A stretch of DNA of 64,000 bases from an uncultured Ferrimicrobium sp. (GCA_964449735.1 CAYUZO010000005.1:6071-70070), one strand, 5' to 3'. Shown: positions 9,537 to 20,160, counted from the stretch's first letter. A program made the numbers and translations. The notes: generated from the sequence alone by a model not told the origin.

Positions 9537-10579
9537 CAGGCACCCTCCCCTTCGCTCGGAGCGCCGTCGAGCGCCGCCTCGAAGGCCGCCAGGTCGAAGC
9601 CGTCACTCGCCGGAGCGGGCATCTCGGCCTCGGTGGGGCCTCGCCGCAGGGACTCGGGCACGATCCCCTGGGGCCGGAACCACAGCATGACCATCAAGAA
9701 GACGCCGATCGTCATCGCGCCGATGTACTGGATCAACCCGGCGTGGCCCGGGATATCGGGCAGGAAGGCCGGCAGGTGGACGAGGAGGGTCTCCACCAGC
9801 AGCGCGCCGACCAGCAGGCCGATGTTGTTGCCCACACCACCGACAATGATCACCGCGAAGATGACGAAGGTCTCGCCCGGGAGCCAGGCTGAGGTGTTGA
9901 AGGAGCCCCCGAACTCCATGATGAGCCCGCCCCCGATGCCCGCGTAGAAGGCGCCGATGATCATGGCCACCAGCTGGCGGCGGAAGACGTCCTTGCCGAG
10001 AGCCGCGGCCACTGTCTCGTCGTCGCGGATGGCGCGCATGGTGCGACCCAGCGGCGACCGGGTGATGCGCGACATCACCAGCCACATGAGCAAGGAGATC
10101 GCGATCGTGACGATCGAGAAGAAGATCGTGAAGGCGTTGGTCGTCAGGTGCAGCGCCTTGGCCATGGGCTCGGGCACGTTGTAGATGCCGTCAGCGCCGT
10201 TGAACAGCGGCACGTAGTTGTTGCAGACGTCGTAGAGCACGAGGGACATCGAGATGAGCACGACCGCCTGATAGTCGGTGCGCAGACGTCTCATCACCAC
10301 GAAGGCCACGAAGACCGCCAGCAGCGATGCCGCCACCCCGCCTAGGAGCAGGTTCAGGGGGAAGACCAGGTGCCAGCCGAGGATGTAGTGCTCGCCGGTG
10401 GTCGTCGAGTTCGGCATGGCGGCCGCCCCAGTGACGTAGGCACCGAGCGCGACGAAGCCGATGTAGCCGAAGTTGAGGATCCCGGTCTCCCCGTACTGCA
10501 CGTTGAGCCCCATCGCGAGGATGAAGTAATCGAACAGGAAGAAGATGAGGGTGAAGACGTAGTACCAGATTGCTGCCAT
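9536..10579 (-). CDS. branched-chain-type ABC permease (LivM-like)
   Basis: This is a 347-aa polytopic membrane ORF in the livHMGF gene order. Confidence 0.88.
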   Translation of the reverse strand: MAAIWYYVFTLIFFLFDYFILAMGLNVQYGETGILNFGYIGFVALGAYVTGAAAMPNSTTTGEHYILGWHLVFPLNLLLGGVAASLLAVFVAFVVMRRLRTDYQAVVLISMSLVLYDVCNNYVPLFNGADGIYNVPEPMAKALHLTTNAFTIFFSIVTIAISLLMWLVMSRITRSPLGRTMRAIRDDETVAAALGKDVFRRQLVAMIIGAFYAGIGGGLIMEFGGSFNTSAWLPGETFVIFAVIIVGGVGNNIGLLVGALLVETLLVHLPAFLPDIPGHAGLIQYIGAMTIGVFLMVMLWFRPQGIVPESLRRGPTEAEMPAPASDGFDLAAFEAALDGAPSEGEGA

Positions 10580-10582
10580 GGC

Positions 10583-11503
10583 TCAGCCCTTCCCCGTGCG
10601 TGCCAAGAGGCCATTGGGCCTGATCAAGAGGGCGATGATGAGGATCACGAAGGCGATGTCCAGCTTGTAGGCGGGATTGATGAAGACCGCCGAGATCTCG
10701 GTCACCATGCCAATGAGGACCGCACCGGCCATCGCTCCGTAGATCGAACCGATGCCGCCGACGATCACCGCGGCGAAGATCACGAAGAGGAAGAGCTCAC
10801 CCGAGGTCGGAGTCAAGTTGCCCTGGGTGATGCCGAGCACGGTCCCCGCCAGACCGGCGAGCGTGCCGGACATGAACCAAGTGATCGTCGTGATCCGCTT
10901 GGTGTCGATGCCACTGGTCATCGCGAGGGTCGTGTTGTCCGACATCGCGCGCATCTGCTTGCCGAGCCGCGTCGTCTTGAGCAGGATGTGCACCCCGACC
11001 ATCAGCGCGACCGAGATGCCCATGACGATCAACTGGTAGGGGGTGAGCAGCAGCGGACCGACGTGAACGGCCCGGTTGATCGGCATCACGTAGAAGCGCA
11101 CCGCTGCTCCCCAGATCGAGTACACGACATTGAGCAGGATGAGCGAGAGACCGAAGGTGACAATCAGGACGTAGAAGGTCTTCTGGAATCGGCGAGCGAA
11201 GGGACTGAGGATCGCCCGCTGCACCGCGACCGCGAAGACGCCCACGAGTAGCGACCCGACCACGAGAGCGACCCAGATGTTCCAGTGGAACCACTCGTTG
11301 TTCACGACGTAGGTGAAGTAGGCACCCAACGCCATGTAGTCCCCGTAGGCGAAGTTGATGTAGTTGGTGATCCCGAACTGGAGCGACAGCCCCACCGAGG
11401 ACACGGCCAGGACCGATGAGGTCACGAGGCCGAAGCCGAAGGCCAGCCAGAACAGCTGCGCCGAGATCACCCCCAGGCTGAGAGGCAGCCCAAGCAGATG
11501 CAC
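10583..11503 (-). CDS. branched-chain-type ABC permease (LivH-like)
   Basis: This is a 306-aa polytopic membrane ORF and the first gene of the transporter operon. Confidence 0.88.
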   Translation of the reverse strand: MHLLGLPLSLGVISAQLFWLAFGFGLVTSSVLAVSSVGLSLQFGITNYINFAYGDYMALGAYFTYVVNNEWFHWNIWVALVVGSLLVGVFAVAVQRAILSPFARRFQKTFYVLIVTFGLSLILLNVVYSIWGAAVRFYVMPINRAVHVGPLLLTPYQLIVMGISVALMVGVHILLKTTRLGKQMRAMSDNTTLAMTSGIDTKRITTITWFMSGTLAGLAGTVLGITQGNLTPTSGELFLFVIFAAVIVGGIGSIYGAMAGAVLIGMVTEISAVFINPAYKLDIAFVILIIALLIRPNGLLARTGKG

Positions 11504-11816
11504 CGAATTCCCCCCTTAATGACGCCGCGGATTGGGTACCGCAACGAACTTGATAGTTCCTATCAGATTCGTGCCAGTCCGTCAAGGAAGGTCTAGGGAG
11601 AAGTAGAACTCCTGGTCAAGAGGGAGACAACCCAGGAAGATCGAGAGGCTCCACTGCGGACAGCCACTCGGCAGTCAAGGAATCCCCCCATGTCGCCGTC
11701 AACTCCCCCCTCGGCGGACGTCCACCGTGGGGCACCATACGCGAACGGAGCGTGGTGTGCTGGTCGGGTCGTCTCAGGAAAGTCCCAGAATCACAGCCGG
11801 TACTATGGGGCCCTTC

Positions 11817-11890
11817 GCGGGTGTAGTTCAGAGGTAGAACATCAGCTTCCCAAGCTGAGAACGCGGGTTCGATTCCCGTCGCCCGCTCCA
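11817..11890 (+). tRNA. tRNA-Gly (anticodon CCC)
   Basis: The 74-nt sequence is GCGGGTGTAGTTCAGAGGTAGAACATCAGCTTCCCAAGCTGAGAACGCGGGTTCGATTCCCGTCGCCCGCTCCA. The acceptor stem is GCGGGTG/CGCCCGC. The anticodon stem is TCAGC/GCTGA with loop TTCCCAA. The T-arm is GGGTTCGATTCCC, and CCA is encoded. Confidence 0.95.
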
Positions 11891-12110
11891 GTCCTTCTCC
11901 CTGGGAACCCCCATGATCTCAACGGTTTCCGAGTCCGTTCCCCGTCGACGACCCTCCGGACGTCACACTCGGCGGGGCCAGCGATCGTCCGTCAACTGGA
12001 TTGACACCGCTGACCCCGTTCACGGTGGCGAGCGCCTCCGGCGCCTGGTGCGCACCCACATCGGCCGGTCCGCACGCGACTTCCAGGCGACTGATGACCT
12101 CGGCGACCGC

Positions 12111-13355
12111 TCAGCGTGACCCCTCGACCAAAGCCGTTGGTGGCCGAGAGGAAGAGCGGATGAGAACGACGTAGATCCCCAGTGCGGCCAACTGGGTGAG
12201 CGCGACGTAGAGGTCGACGCTGGCGTGCGAGACCTCGTAGAGCAGCCCGATCACCCACCCGCCGGCCAGCCAGGCGAGGCCATAGACGGCGGTGAAGGTC
12301 CCGTATCCCGCCCCTCGCCGCCCAACGGGAACGAGGTCGGTGACCGCGGCTCGCAAGGTCGACTCGTGGATACCCAGGGCAAAGCCCCAGAGGACGGCTC
12401 CGGCCCACACCCACACCGCGCGATCACTGAAGGTGAGGAACGGGAGGGTCGCGGTGAGCGGTGGCAGGATGACCAGTCCGCGCAGCCCCACTCGGTCGTA
12501 GAGCCAGCCCGACGCCAGCGCGGCGAGCGCGTCGGCTCCCATGGCGGCGGCGTAGACGATGGGGATCTCCCACGCGGCCATCACGTGGGCGACCGCCATG
12601 TGGTACGAGAGGACGCCGAAGGTGGAGAAGCCGACCATCGTCATCGCCGCGAAGGCGCTGTAGGTCCAGTACCGCTGCGAAAAGCGCCACCACGGCTCGG
12701 GCGTCACGGGCTGCTCCATCGCGCGAGTGGCGGCCGGGTCGTATCGCTCGGGGTGGGGCGCGGCACGCCAGAGCCAGGAGAGCATGACGAGAGCACCGAC
12801 TCCGGGCAGGACCAGGACGGCGAAGCCGAGACGGAACCCCGAGACTGCGACCATCGCGGCGACGAGGAGTGGGCCGAGCAGAGCCCCTGACTGGTCTAAG
12901 GCCTCATGGAGTGCGAAGGTCCGCCCTCGGCCGAGCTCGGCGCTGGCGTGGCCGAGCATCGTGTCACGAGCGGGAGTACGCACAGCCTTGGCGAAGCGCT
13001 CGGCGACGACCGCGGTCATCGCCTGGTACAGGTTGGTGACCGCTCCGAGCAGGGGGACGGACACCACCGTGATGAGATACCCGACGAAGGTGATCGGCCA
13101 GTAGCGCCGGGTGCGGTCCGACAGTCGTCCGGTGACCAGCCGGAATCCCAGGGCCACCGCCTCGCCGAGGCCGGTGACCGCGCCGACGAGTGCAGCGCTC
13201 GCGCCGAAGCTGGCGAGGTAGGGACCGACAATCGAGCGGGCCCCCTCGTAGACGAGGTCGGCAAGCATGCTCACCACGCCGAAGGAGAGGACAAAGCGCA
13301 GGGGGTTCAGGCGATTACCGGACTGCCCCGCGCCGTCGTCCCCAGGGCCCATCAC
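12111..13355 (-). CDS. MFS transporter
   Basis: The 414-aa ORF has ~12 predicted TM segments and an MFS-like loop (GRLSDRTRRYW). Confidence 0.85.
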   Translation of the reverse strand: MMGPGDDGAGQSGNRLNPLRFVLSFGVVSMLADLVYEGARSIVGPYLASFGASAALVGAVTGLGEAVALGFRLVTGRLSDRTRRYWPITFVGYLITVVSVPLLGAVTNLYQAMTAVVAERFAKAVRTPARDTMLGHASAELGRGRTFALHEALDQSGALLGPLLVAAMVAVSGFRLGFAVLVLPGVGALVMLSWLWRAAPHPERYDPAATRAMEQPVTPEPWWRFSQRYWTYSAFAAMTMVGFSTFGVLSYHMAVAHVMAAWEIPIVYAAAMGADALAALASGWLYDRVGLRGLVILPPLTATLPFLTFSDRAVWVWAGAVLWGFALGIHESTLRAAVTDLVPVGRRGAGYGTFTAVYGLAWLAGGWVIGLLYEVSHASVDLYVALTQLAALGIYVVLIRSSSRPPTALVEGSR

Positions 13356-13613
13356 CCGACCCTAGCCAGAGGCCCCAAGCCGGCCTCTTCTCCGACGAGC
13401 CTGCTCCACGAGCCGACCGCTCGTCACTCGGACCGAGAGGTGGGTGGAGCCTCATCGCCGCAGCTGCAGGGTTCCATTCCTCGTGATCGCGTCGAGGGAC
13501 CTTCGTTCGAGTCTCGGCGCACCATGCGCCACGTCGGGGTCTCGAGACGTCAACGGGCGCTAGACCGAAGTCATCGGGCGTGTCGCACTGGACAGTCCTG
13601 GCACGATGGGGGC

Positions 13614-14414
13614 ATGAGCCCCTCCGTGCCCACCCACCCTCTCTTCACGCTCGACGGTGAGGTCGCCCTCGTCACCGGGGCCGGTAGTCCGGGCGGCATC
13701 GGCTTCGCGACCGCTCTCCTCCTTGGCCAACTGGGCTGCTCCCTCGCCGTGGCGGCGACCGGTCCACGGATCGAGCAGCGGGCCCAGAGCCTCCGTGACC
13801 TCGGGATCGAGGTCAGCGCGCACCGCGCCGACCTGCGCCGGCCCGAGGAGGCCGGGCGGCTGATCGACGAGGTGCGACAGGCTCACGGACGCCTCGACAT
13901 CGTGGTGAACAACGCCGGCATGGAGCAGGAGGGTCAGCCCGAGGCCTTCACCGAAGTGGCGGCGCTCGATCCCGCCGACTGGGCAGCCGCCCTAGCGCGC
14001 AGCCTCGACAGCGCCTTCCTCGTGACTCGCTTCGCGCTTCCCCACCTGCTCGCCCAGGGTGCGGGCAGCATCGTCAACGTCGCCTCCGTGACCGGTCCGG
14101 TCGTCGCCACGGCGGGCGAGGCCCCCTACGCCGCCGCCAAGGCCGGAATGGTCGGCCTGACGAGGGCGCTCGCGCTGGAGATCGCCACCACTGGAGTGCG
14201 CGTCAACGCCGTGGCCCCGGGCTGGGTGGCGACCGACACCCAGCCGCTCGACGAGGCGCTCGCGTCGGACGCCTCGCCGATGGGTCGGGCGGCGCGACCC
14301 GAGGAGGTCGCTGCCGTCATCGCCTTCCTCGCCATGCCGGCCGCCAGCTACGTCCACGGAGCCCTCGTGGTGGTCGACGGGGCCAATCATCTCGTCGAGC
14401 GTCTCCGCCCCTGA
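13614..14414 (+). CDS. short-chain dehydrogenase/reductase (SDR)
   Basis: The Rossmann motif ALVTGAGSPGGIG and the NNAG and YAAAK catalytic blocks are present. The ATG at 13614 lies within the long ORF-track frame 12906..14414, whose upstream part is an antisense shadow of the MFS gene. Confidence 0.9.
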   Translation: MSPSVPTHPLFTLDGEVALVTGAGSPGGIGFATALLLGQLGCSLAVAATGPRIEQRAQSLRDLGIEVSAHRADLRRPEEAGRLIDEVRQAHGRLDIVVNNAGMEQEGQPEAFTEVAALDPADWAAALARSLDSAFLVTRFALPHLLAQGAGSIVNVASVTGPVVATAGEAPYAAAKAGMVGLTRALALEIATTGVRVNAVAPGWVATDTQPLDEALASDASPMGRAARPEEVAAVIAFLAMPAASYVHGALVVVDGANHLVERLRP

Positions 14415-14459
14415 GGACGCACCCGAGAGCGACAGGGTCCGTCGGGATTCAAGACCGGG

Positions 14460-14990
14460 TCAGTCCCTCTCCTGATCGGTCCGCCGGCGCCGTGCGGCTC
14501 CGACGAGGCCTCCCGCACCGAGGAGGATGAGGGCCGCACCGACGAAGACGCCCGTCGACGAGGGTGTCTCCCTGCGGGCGAAGCTGGCGAGGCTCACCGA
14601 ATCGAGTTGGGACGGATCGACCAGTGCCGCGACCGTCGAGCCGGGTGGACGCTCTGCGCGAAGGCCCTGGACGACGGCCCGGTGAGCCGACCTCTCCACT
14701 CGGTAGCGGCCTTCACAGGTGAAGGAGGCACCGTTGGACCCCGAGCGTCCCAGCGCTCCCTGACATCGGGTGATCGTGACGGTGACCGCGAGGCCCCGGG
14801 ACTGGATCCGCTCGATCCGCGAGCGTTGCTCGAGGGAGGCGACGACCGACAGGACCCCAACCAGTGCGACCAGTGCGGCCAGGGCCCAGGAGGCGACGCG
14901 AGCGAGCCGTCGGCGCGGCGCGACAGCGGCGCCACGCAGGGTCGCGACCGGGGCGCGGCCGCGATACTCGGAGGTGGCGGGCGAGGCCAT
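14460..14990 (-). CDS. hypothetical membrane protein (two terminal TM helices, DUF3592-like)
   Basis: The 176-aa ORF has an N-terminal TM (WALAALVALVGVLSVVASL) and a C-terminal TM (GVFVGAALILLGAGGLVGA). The family assignment is tentative. Confidence 0.5.
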   Translation of the reverse strand: MASPATSEYRGRAPVATLRGAAVAPRRRLARVASWALAALVALVGVLSVVASLEQRSRIERIQSRGLAVTVTITRCQGALGRSGSNGASFTCEGRYRVERSAHRAVVQGLRAERPPGSTVAALVDPSQLDSVSLASFARRETPSSTGVFVGAALILLGAGGLVGAARRRRTDQERD

Positions 14991-15002
14991 GGGGGCCCGA
15001 CC

Positions 15003-15347
15003 CTAGCGGCTGTGGCCCACTCCGGGCGAAGCGGCGAGGACCGCCTGGCGCGCGTCGCCTGAGGCCCCGAGAGAGAGCGCCACCTTCATCACCCCGAGCT
15101 GGCGGACCATGCCGTCTCCGACGTGGTGCGCGACGACACCCTCGACCTGGTGCTCGCGCAGGAAGCGCGCGACGCGCGCGTGGTGCCGGGCCGAGCTGCC
15201 CTCGTCGTGGCGCACGCTCCAGAGCTCGTCGTACTCCTGCCAGTCGACGATCTGGTGGCCTTCGACGCGGGCCACGGCGAGCCGGTCCGCACGACCGAAG
15301 CGCGAGTCGACGGCGCCGTCGGGGAGGACGGGGACGCAGAGGATCAT
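15003..15347 (-). CDS. NifB/NifX-type (dinitrogenase FeMo-cofactor-binding domain) small protein
   Basis: The 114-aa ORF shows the pattern VDSRFGRADRLAVARVEG...HHARVARFLREHQVEGVVAHHVGDGMVRQL typical of this domain. No nif genes are nearby. Confidence 0.6.
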   Translation of the reverse strand: MILCVPVLPDGAVDSRFGRADRLAVARVEGHQIVDWQEYDELWSVRHDEGSSARHHARVARFLREHQVEGVVAHHVGDGMVRQLGVMKVALSLGASGDARQAVLAASPGVGHSR

Positions 15348-15437
15348 GAGACGACCCTAGAGAGGGCCTCGGCGGCCGGGCCCGGCTCGAACACGGACCA
15401 ACGTCACGAGATGCCGTGGGGTCACCCCTAGATTGCG

Positions 15438-16412
15438 GTGATGGACTACAGGAACCTCGGAACGACCGGTCTCAAGGTGTCGCGGATCTGCCTGGGCTGC
15501 ATGAGCTACGGCGAGCCCTCCCGGGGCAATCAGCCCTGGTCGCTGGGGTCCGAGGCGGCCGAGCCCTTCTTCGCCCAGGCTCTCGATCTGGGCATCAACT
15601 TCTTCGATACGGCCAACGTCTACTCCGCCGGCTCGAGCGAGGAGATCACCGGCGCGACGCTGCTGAAGATGGTGCCGCGCGAGGAGGTCGTCATCGCCAC
15701 CAAGGTCAACGGCCGGATGCGGCCGGGAGTCAACGGCGAGGGCCTGAGCCGCAAGGCGATCATGGCCGAGATCGACGACAGCCTGCGTCGGCTCGGCACC
15801 GACTACGTGGACCTCTACCAGATCCACCGCTGGGACTACACGACGCCGATCGAGGAGACCCTCGACGCCTTGAGCGAGCTGGTGCACGTGGGCAAGGTCC
15901 GCTACCTCGGAGCCTCCTCGATGCACGCCTGGCAGTTCGCCAAGTCCCTCTTCCTCGCCGACGCTCGGGGGGCGAACCGGTTCGTCTCGATGCAGAACCA
16001 CTACAACCTCCTCTACCGCGAGGAGGAGCGCGAGATGCTGCCCCTCTGCGCCGACCAGGGTGTCGGCGCCATCCCCTGGAGCCCGCTGGCGCGCGGTCGA
16101 CTGGCCCGACCCTGGGGGGAGAGCACCCACCGCTCCGAGCGCGACCAGTTCGGGGCCGCCCTCTACCACGAGTCCGACCGCGCGGTCGTGGACGTGGTGG
16201 CGGCCATCGCCAAGGAGCGCGGCGTCGCCATGGCTAGCGTCGCCCTGGCCTGGCTCCTCGCCCAGCCCCAGGTGGTCAGCCCAATCGTCGGGGCGACCAA
16301 GCCCCATCACCTCGCCGACGCCGTGGCCGCCCTCGACCTCGCGCTCAGCCCCGAGGAGATCGAACGCCTCGAGGCGCCCTACCGGCCCCACGCGGTGGCG
16401 GGCTTCCGTTGA
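15438..16412 (+). CDS. aldo/keto reductase
   Basis: The 324-aa ORF has the blocks NFFDTANVYS and YVDLYQIHRWD and the AKR C-terminal block. Confidence 0.92.
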   Translation: MMDYRNLGTTGLKVSRICLGCMSYGEPSRGNQPWSLGSEAAEPFFAQALDLGINFFDTANVYSAGSSEEITGATLLKMVPREEVVIATKVNGRMRPGVNGEGLSRKAIMAEIDDSLRRLGTDYVDLYQIHRWDYTTPIEETLDALSELVHVGKVRYLGASSMHAWQFAKSLFLADARGANRFVSMQNHYNLLYREEEREMLPLCADQGVGAIPWSPLARGRLARPWGESTHRSERDQFGAALYHESDRAVVDVVAAIAKERGVAMASVALAWLLAQPQVVSPIVGATKPHHLADAVAALDLALSPEEIERLEAPYRPHAVAGFR

Positions 16413-18073
16413 GCGAGGTGGCCGACCTGATCCTCGAGGCGGGACGGGTCTGGAACGGCGAGGGGCTCCCCTTCGACGGCGGGGTCGCGGTCGCGGGGTC
16501 GAGGATCGTGGCAGTGGGCCAGTCGTCCGACCTCGCGCCGTGGCGAGGGCCGCGCACGCGGGTCGTCAACCTTGGGGGTCGTCTCGTGCTCCCCGCCTTC
16601 GGCGACGCGCACCTGCACGCGGTCTCGGGTGGACTCGAGGGCCTGCGCTGCGACCTCAGCGGACTACGCACTCGGGCGGCCTGCCTGGAGCGAGTCGCCG
16701 CCCACGTGGCGACGCTGCCCCCCGACGCCTGGGTGCTCGGCGGGGGTTGGGCGATGGAGGCCTTCCCGGGCGGGACGCCCCTCGCCGCGGACCTCGACGC
16801 CGTCTGCCAGGGGCGCCCGGCCTTCCTGCCCAACAAGGACCACCACTCGGCCTGGGTGTCGAGCGCAGCGCTGGCGCGCGCGGGCCTCGACCGCGACAGC
16901 CCCGACCCGCCGGCCGGGCGCATCGAGCGCGACGAGCGAGGCGGGCCCTCGGGCACCCTGCACGAGAGCGCCATGGCACTGGTGCTGCGCCACGTGCCGG
17001 TCCCGAGCGCCCAGGAACTGGCCGAGGGGCTGCGAGCCGCCTTGAGGACCCTGCACCGAGTGGGCATCACCCACTTCCAGGACGCCTGCGTGGGTGAGGC
17101 CCCCGACATTGGCGTGCCGGACTCCTTCGACACTTACCGCCGCGCGGCCGAGGATGGGTGGCTGAGCGCCGAGGTGCGCGGTGCCCTGTGGTGGGACCGC
17201 TCCCGGGGCCTGGAGCAGATCGACGACCTGCTGGCCCGGCGCGAACGTTGCCCCGAGGGACCCTTCGCCGCCCACGCCGTCAAGATCATGGTGGATGGGG
17301 TCTGTGAGAACTTCACCGCCGCGCTGGCGTCGCCCTACCTTGGCGCGGCCGGCCACGACAACCACCGTGGCCACCTCTTCGTCGAGCCCGAGCTCCTCAC
17401 CGAGGCGGTCGCCCGGCTCGACGGGCTCGGTTTCCAAGTCCACTTCCACACCATCGGTGACCGCGCCGTGACCACGGCCCTCGACGCCCTCGAGTCCCTG
17501 GCGCCCGAGCGCCGGGGCCGGGGTCGCCACCATCTGGCCCACCTGCAGCTGGTGGACCCGCGCGATCTCCCTCGCTTCGCGCAACTCGGGGCGGTCGCCA
17601 ACTTCCAGCCCCTATGGGCCTGCCACGACCCCCAGATGGACGAGCTGACCGTGCCGGTGCTCGGAGAGGAGCGAGCCGGATGGCAGTACTCGATCGGCTC
17701 GCTGTGGGCCTCGGGGGCGACCGTGGCCTTCGGCTCGGACTGGCCGGTCTCCAGCCCCGACCCGCTCCAGGAGATGCACGTGGCCCTCACCAGGACCCTG
17801 TCGACCCGCCTTGGCGAGGCGGGCACCCCCGAGACGACCGATCCGCTGCGAGCCGACCAGGCGATCACCCTTACTCAGGCCCTCACCTCCTTCACTCAGG
17901 GCCCCGCCTTCCTCAATGGCGCCGAGCGGCACCGGGGACGGCTCCTCGAGGGGTGGGCGGCCGACCTCGTGGTCCTCGACCAGGACCTGTTCGCCGGCCC
18001 GGTCACCGAGGTCGGACAGGCCCGTGTCGACATGACGATCGGGGCGGGCGCCGTACTCCACGGCGAGGAGTGA
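16409..18073 (+). CDS. metal-dependent amidohydrolase (amidohydrolase_3, YtcJ-like)
   Basis: The 554-aa ORF has the HxH motif FGDAHLHAVSGG and a C-terminal GSDWPVSS block. Its start overlaps the AKR stop by 4 nt. Confidence 0.88.
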   Translation: MSEVADLILEAGRVWNGEGLPFDGGVAVAGSRIVAVGQSSDLAPWRGPRTRVVNLGGRLVLPAFGDAHLHAVSGGLEGLRCDLSGLRTRAACLERVAAHVATLPPDAWVLGGGWAMEAFPGGTPLAADLDAVCQGRPAFLPNKDHHSAWVSSAALARAGLDRDSPDPPAGRIERDERGGPSGTLHESAMALVLRHVPVPSAQELAEGLRAALRTLHRVGITHFQDACVGEAPDIGVPDSFDTYRRAAEDGWLSAEVRGALWWDRSRGLEQIDDLLARRERCPEGPFAAHAVKIMVDGVCENFTAALASPYLGAAGHDNHRGHLFVEPELLTEAVARLDGLGFQVHFHTIGDRAVTTALDALESLAPERRGRGRHHLAHLQLVDPRDLPRFAQLGAVANFQPLWACHDPQMDELTVPVLGEERAGWQYSIGSLWASGATVAFGSDWPVSSPDPLQEMHVALTRTLSTRLGEAGTPETTDPLRADQAITLTQALTSFTQGPAFLNGAERHRGRLLEGWAADLVVLDQDLFAGPVTEVGQARVDMTIGAGAVLHGEE

Positions 18074-18250
18074 GGTCGGACGCCGAACTCGCGATGACGT
18101 TCGCCGGCAGGCGGGGCGCCGAGACCTCCAGGGCGCGACGCTCTCCTCAGACGAGGGGTCGCCAGCTCGTTGAACAGTCCATCAAGGGCGACGCATCCGT
18201 CGGGGATGCGAGGAGTCTGCGCAGCCGGAGAGGCACCGCCTCTGACGTCA

Positions 18251-19159
18251 TTACGAGGACCCACCACGGCTCGCGGAATCCATGAGGCGACCCTGAGCCA
18301 CGACGAAGGCACCGACCAGTCCTGACCGGTCCCCGAGCCCGGGGGGATGGACCCGCTGGGCGACGTCGCCGCCGGCGAGGAAGCCGTCGAGGTAGCCCCC
18401 TAGCGAGATGACGACGCCGGCGCGCACTCGCTCGAGCAGACTCGGCGCCCCCATCACGCCCCCGCCGACCACGACGACCTCGGCCGACGTGGTCAACAGC
18501 AGGGTCGCCACCGCAGTGGCGAGGTACTCGGACTCGAGCCGCCAGGCGGGGTGTCCCTCACCGAGCTGGCGGGCGTCGTCGACCCCCCAGCGCGCCGCCA
18601 CCGCCGGACCGCTGGCCAGTCCCTCGAGGCAGTCACCGTGGAAGGGGCACCGACCTTCGAAGTCATCGCCGGGAGCGCGAGGGATGCGGATATGACCGAT
18701 CTCGGGGTGCCCCAAGCCGCGCAGGGGACGGCCCCGCGCCACGACCCCGCCACCGATCCCGGTGCCGACGGTGAGGTAGGCCATGAGGTCAGTGCCTCGG
18801 CCCGCCCCGAAGCGATGCTCCGCCAGCGCGGCCGCGTTGACGTCGGTCTCGACGGCCACCCGCTCGCGCGCCACCAGCGCGCCGAGCGAGCTCACCCAGT
18901 CGTGACCGCGCCAGTCGGCCTTGGGCGTCGTGGAGAGGATCCGACCTCTCTGCAGGTCGACGGGACCAAAGGTGGCGACACCGACCCCCTCGAGGCGCCG
19001 CCCGGCTGCGTGGGTTCCCACCCACTCGAGGACCTCACCGACGGTTCGATCGGGCGTGGTGGTGGGGATGAGGGCGACCTCGCCCACCTGGATCTCCCGC
19101 CAGCTCTCCCCGAGCGCCACTCGGGTGGTGGTCCCGCCCGCCTCGATGGCCGCGAGCAC
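18251..19159 (-). CDS. ROK-family sugar kinase (fructokinase-like)
   Basis: The N-terminal AIEAGGTTTRVAL, the GTGIGGG block and a Zn-type motif CPFHGDCLEG are present. Confidence 0.85.
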   Translation of the reverse strand: MLAAIEAGGTTTRVALGESWREIQVGEVALIPTTTPDRTVGEVLEWVGTHAAGRRLEGVGVATFGPVDLQRGRILSTTPKADWRGHDWVSSLGALVARERVAVETDVNAAALAEHRFGAGRGTDLMAYLTVGTGIGGGVVARGRPLRGLGHPEIGHIRIPRAPGDDFEGRCPFHGDCLEGLASGPAVAARWGVDDARQLGEGHPAWRLESEYLATAVATLLLTTSAEVVVVGGGVMGAPSLLERVRAGVVISLGGYLDGFLAGGDVAQRVHPPGLGDRSGLVGAFVVAQGRLMDSASRGGSS

Positions 19160-19196
19160 GCTGGTCCTGCCGATCGGCCGTCGGGGACGGCCCGAC

Positions 19197-20141
19197 TCAG
19201 AGGGCGGGACTCGCCGGCGCGGCCTTCTCGGCGAGCCGGGCCACCTGGGCCGACAGCTGGGCCACCGCCGTGCGCAACTCCTCGCGAGCCCGCTCGGCAG
19301 TGTCCGACAGCGCCGTCAACTCCTCGATCCGCCAGGTCTCGAGAGCCGGCTTCACGACGTCGTTGAGGAACTGGGGCAGGCCGTAGATGCCCTCGCGCGC
19401 GATCCGCACGGCGTGGCGCACGAAGTTCGGGATGCCCACCCCGGGCATGTTGAAGTCGCGCACCCGGCGGCTAATCGCCTGGACCATCGTCGAGGGGTCG
19501 ATCTGCAGCGCCGAGGTGACGAGATCCCGGTAGAAGATGTGGTGCTTGGTCTCGTCCCCGGCGATCAGGGCGAGGACGTTGCGACCCACCTTGTCCTCCT
19601 TGGGGAGGCGAGCGGCGGTGTTGCGGTGGGCGATCTGGGTGGCGCGCTCCTGGAGGGCCACGTAGGCGATCATCTCGCTCAGGCTCGAGAAGTGGGGGGC
19701 TGCCGCAGTGGACATCTGGGCGCGGCGGGCCTCCTCGAGAGCCACCGGGTCGATGCAGCGCGACAGGTGGACCCAGTCGCGCATCACCGTGGAGTGGCGG
19801 TTCTCCTCCATCGTCCAGAACTGGGTCCACTCGCGCAGCGGGTGGCCCGAGGGGGCGTGCGAGAGGATCTCCTCGGTGTAGTAGGGCAGGTTGTCCTCGG
19901 TCAGCAGGTTGACGTGGATCGAGCTGCGGACCCCTTCGGGCAGCGGGTACTGCTCGGGGGCCCACGGCGTGGTCGCAAAGCTCTGACCCGAGCCCCAGTC
20001 CACCTGCTCGTGCGGGCTCCAGGTGCGCGCGCTGTCCAGGTGCCGGTTGAAGAGGTCGGCGGCGGGACCGTCGATCTCGGCCAGCAGGGGTGTGTCATCC
20101 AGCCGATCGGTATGGTCCATGAGCCTGACCGTACTAGGCAT
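19197..20141 (-). CDS. acyl-ACP desaturase (soluble di-iron, DesA-type)
   Basis: The blocks LLTEDNLPYY and WTMEENRHS and a second EXXH-type block (ALIAGDETKHH) are present in a 314-aa ORF. Confidence 0.88.
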   Translation of the reverse strand: MPSTVRLMDHTDRLDDTPLLAEIDGPAADLFNRHLDSARTWSPHEQVDWGSGQSFATTPWAPEQYPLPEGVRSSIHVNLLTEDNLPYYTEEILSHAPSGHPLREWTQFWTMEENRHSTVMRDWVHLSRCIDPVALEEARRAQMSTAAAPHFSSLSEMIAYVALQERATQIAHRNTAARLPKEDKVGRNVLALIAGDETKHHIFYRDLVTSALQIDPSTMVQAISRRVRDFNMPGVGIPNFVRHAVRIAREGIYGLPQFLNDVVKPALETWRIEELTALSDTAERAREELRTAVAQLSAQVARLAEKAAPASPAL

Positions 20142-20160
20142 CGCGCACCAGGGCCCCCCA

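Noticed and set aside
11817-12110. tRNA-Gly as an integration hotspot for a genomic island
   Set aside because: No integrase, excisionase or phage or plasmid genes lie downstream. I noticed no direct repeat of the tRNA 3' end. The next gene is an ordinary MFS transporter.
15357-16391. 344-aa ORF antisense to the aldo/keto reductase, and ORF 56545..57606 antisense to the acyltransferase
   Set aside because: The reasoning is the same: the composition is Gly/Arg/Asp/Val-rich and the partner frames have family motifs.
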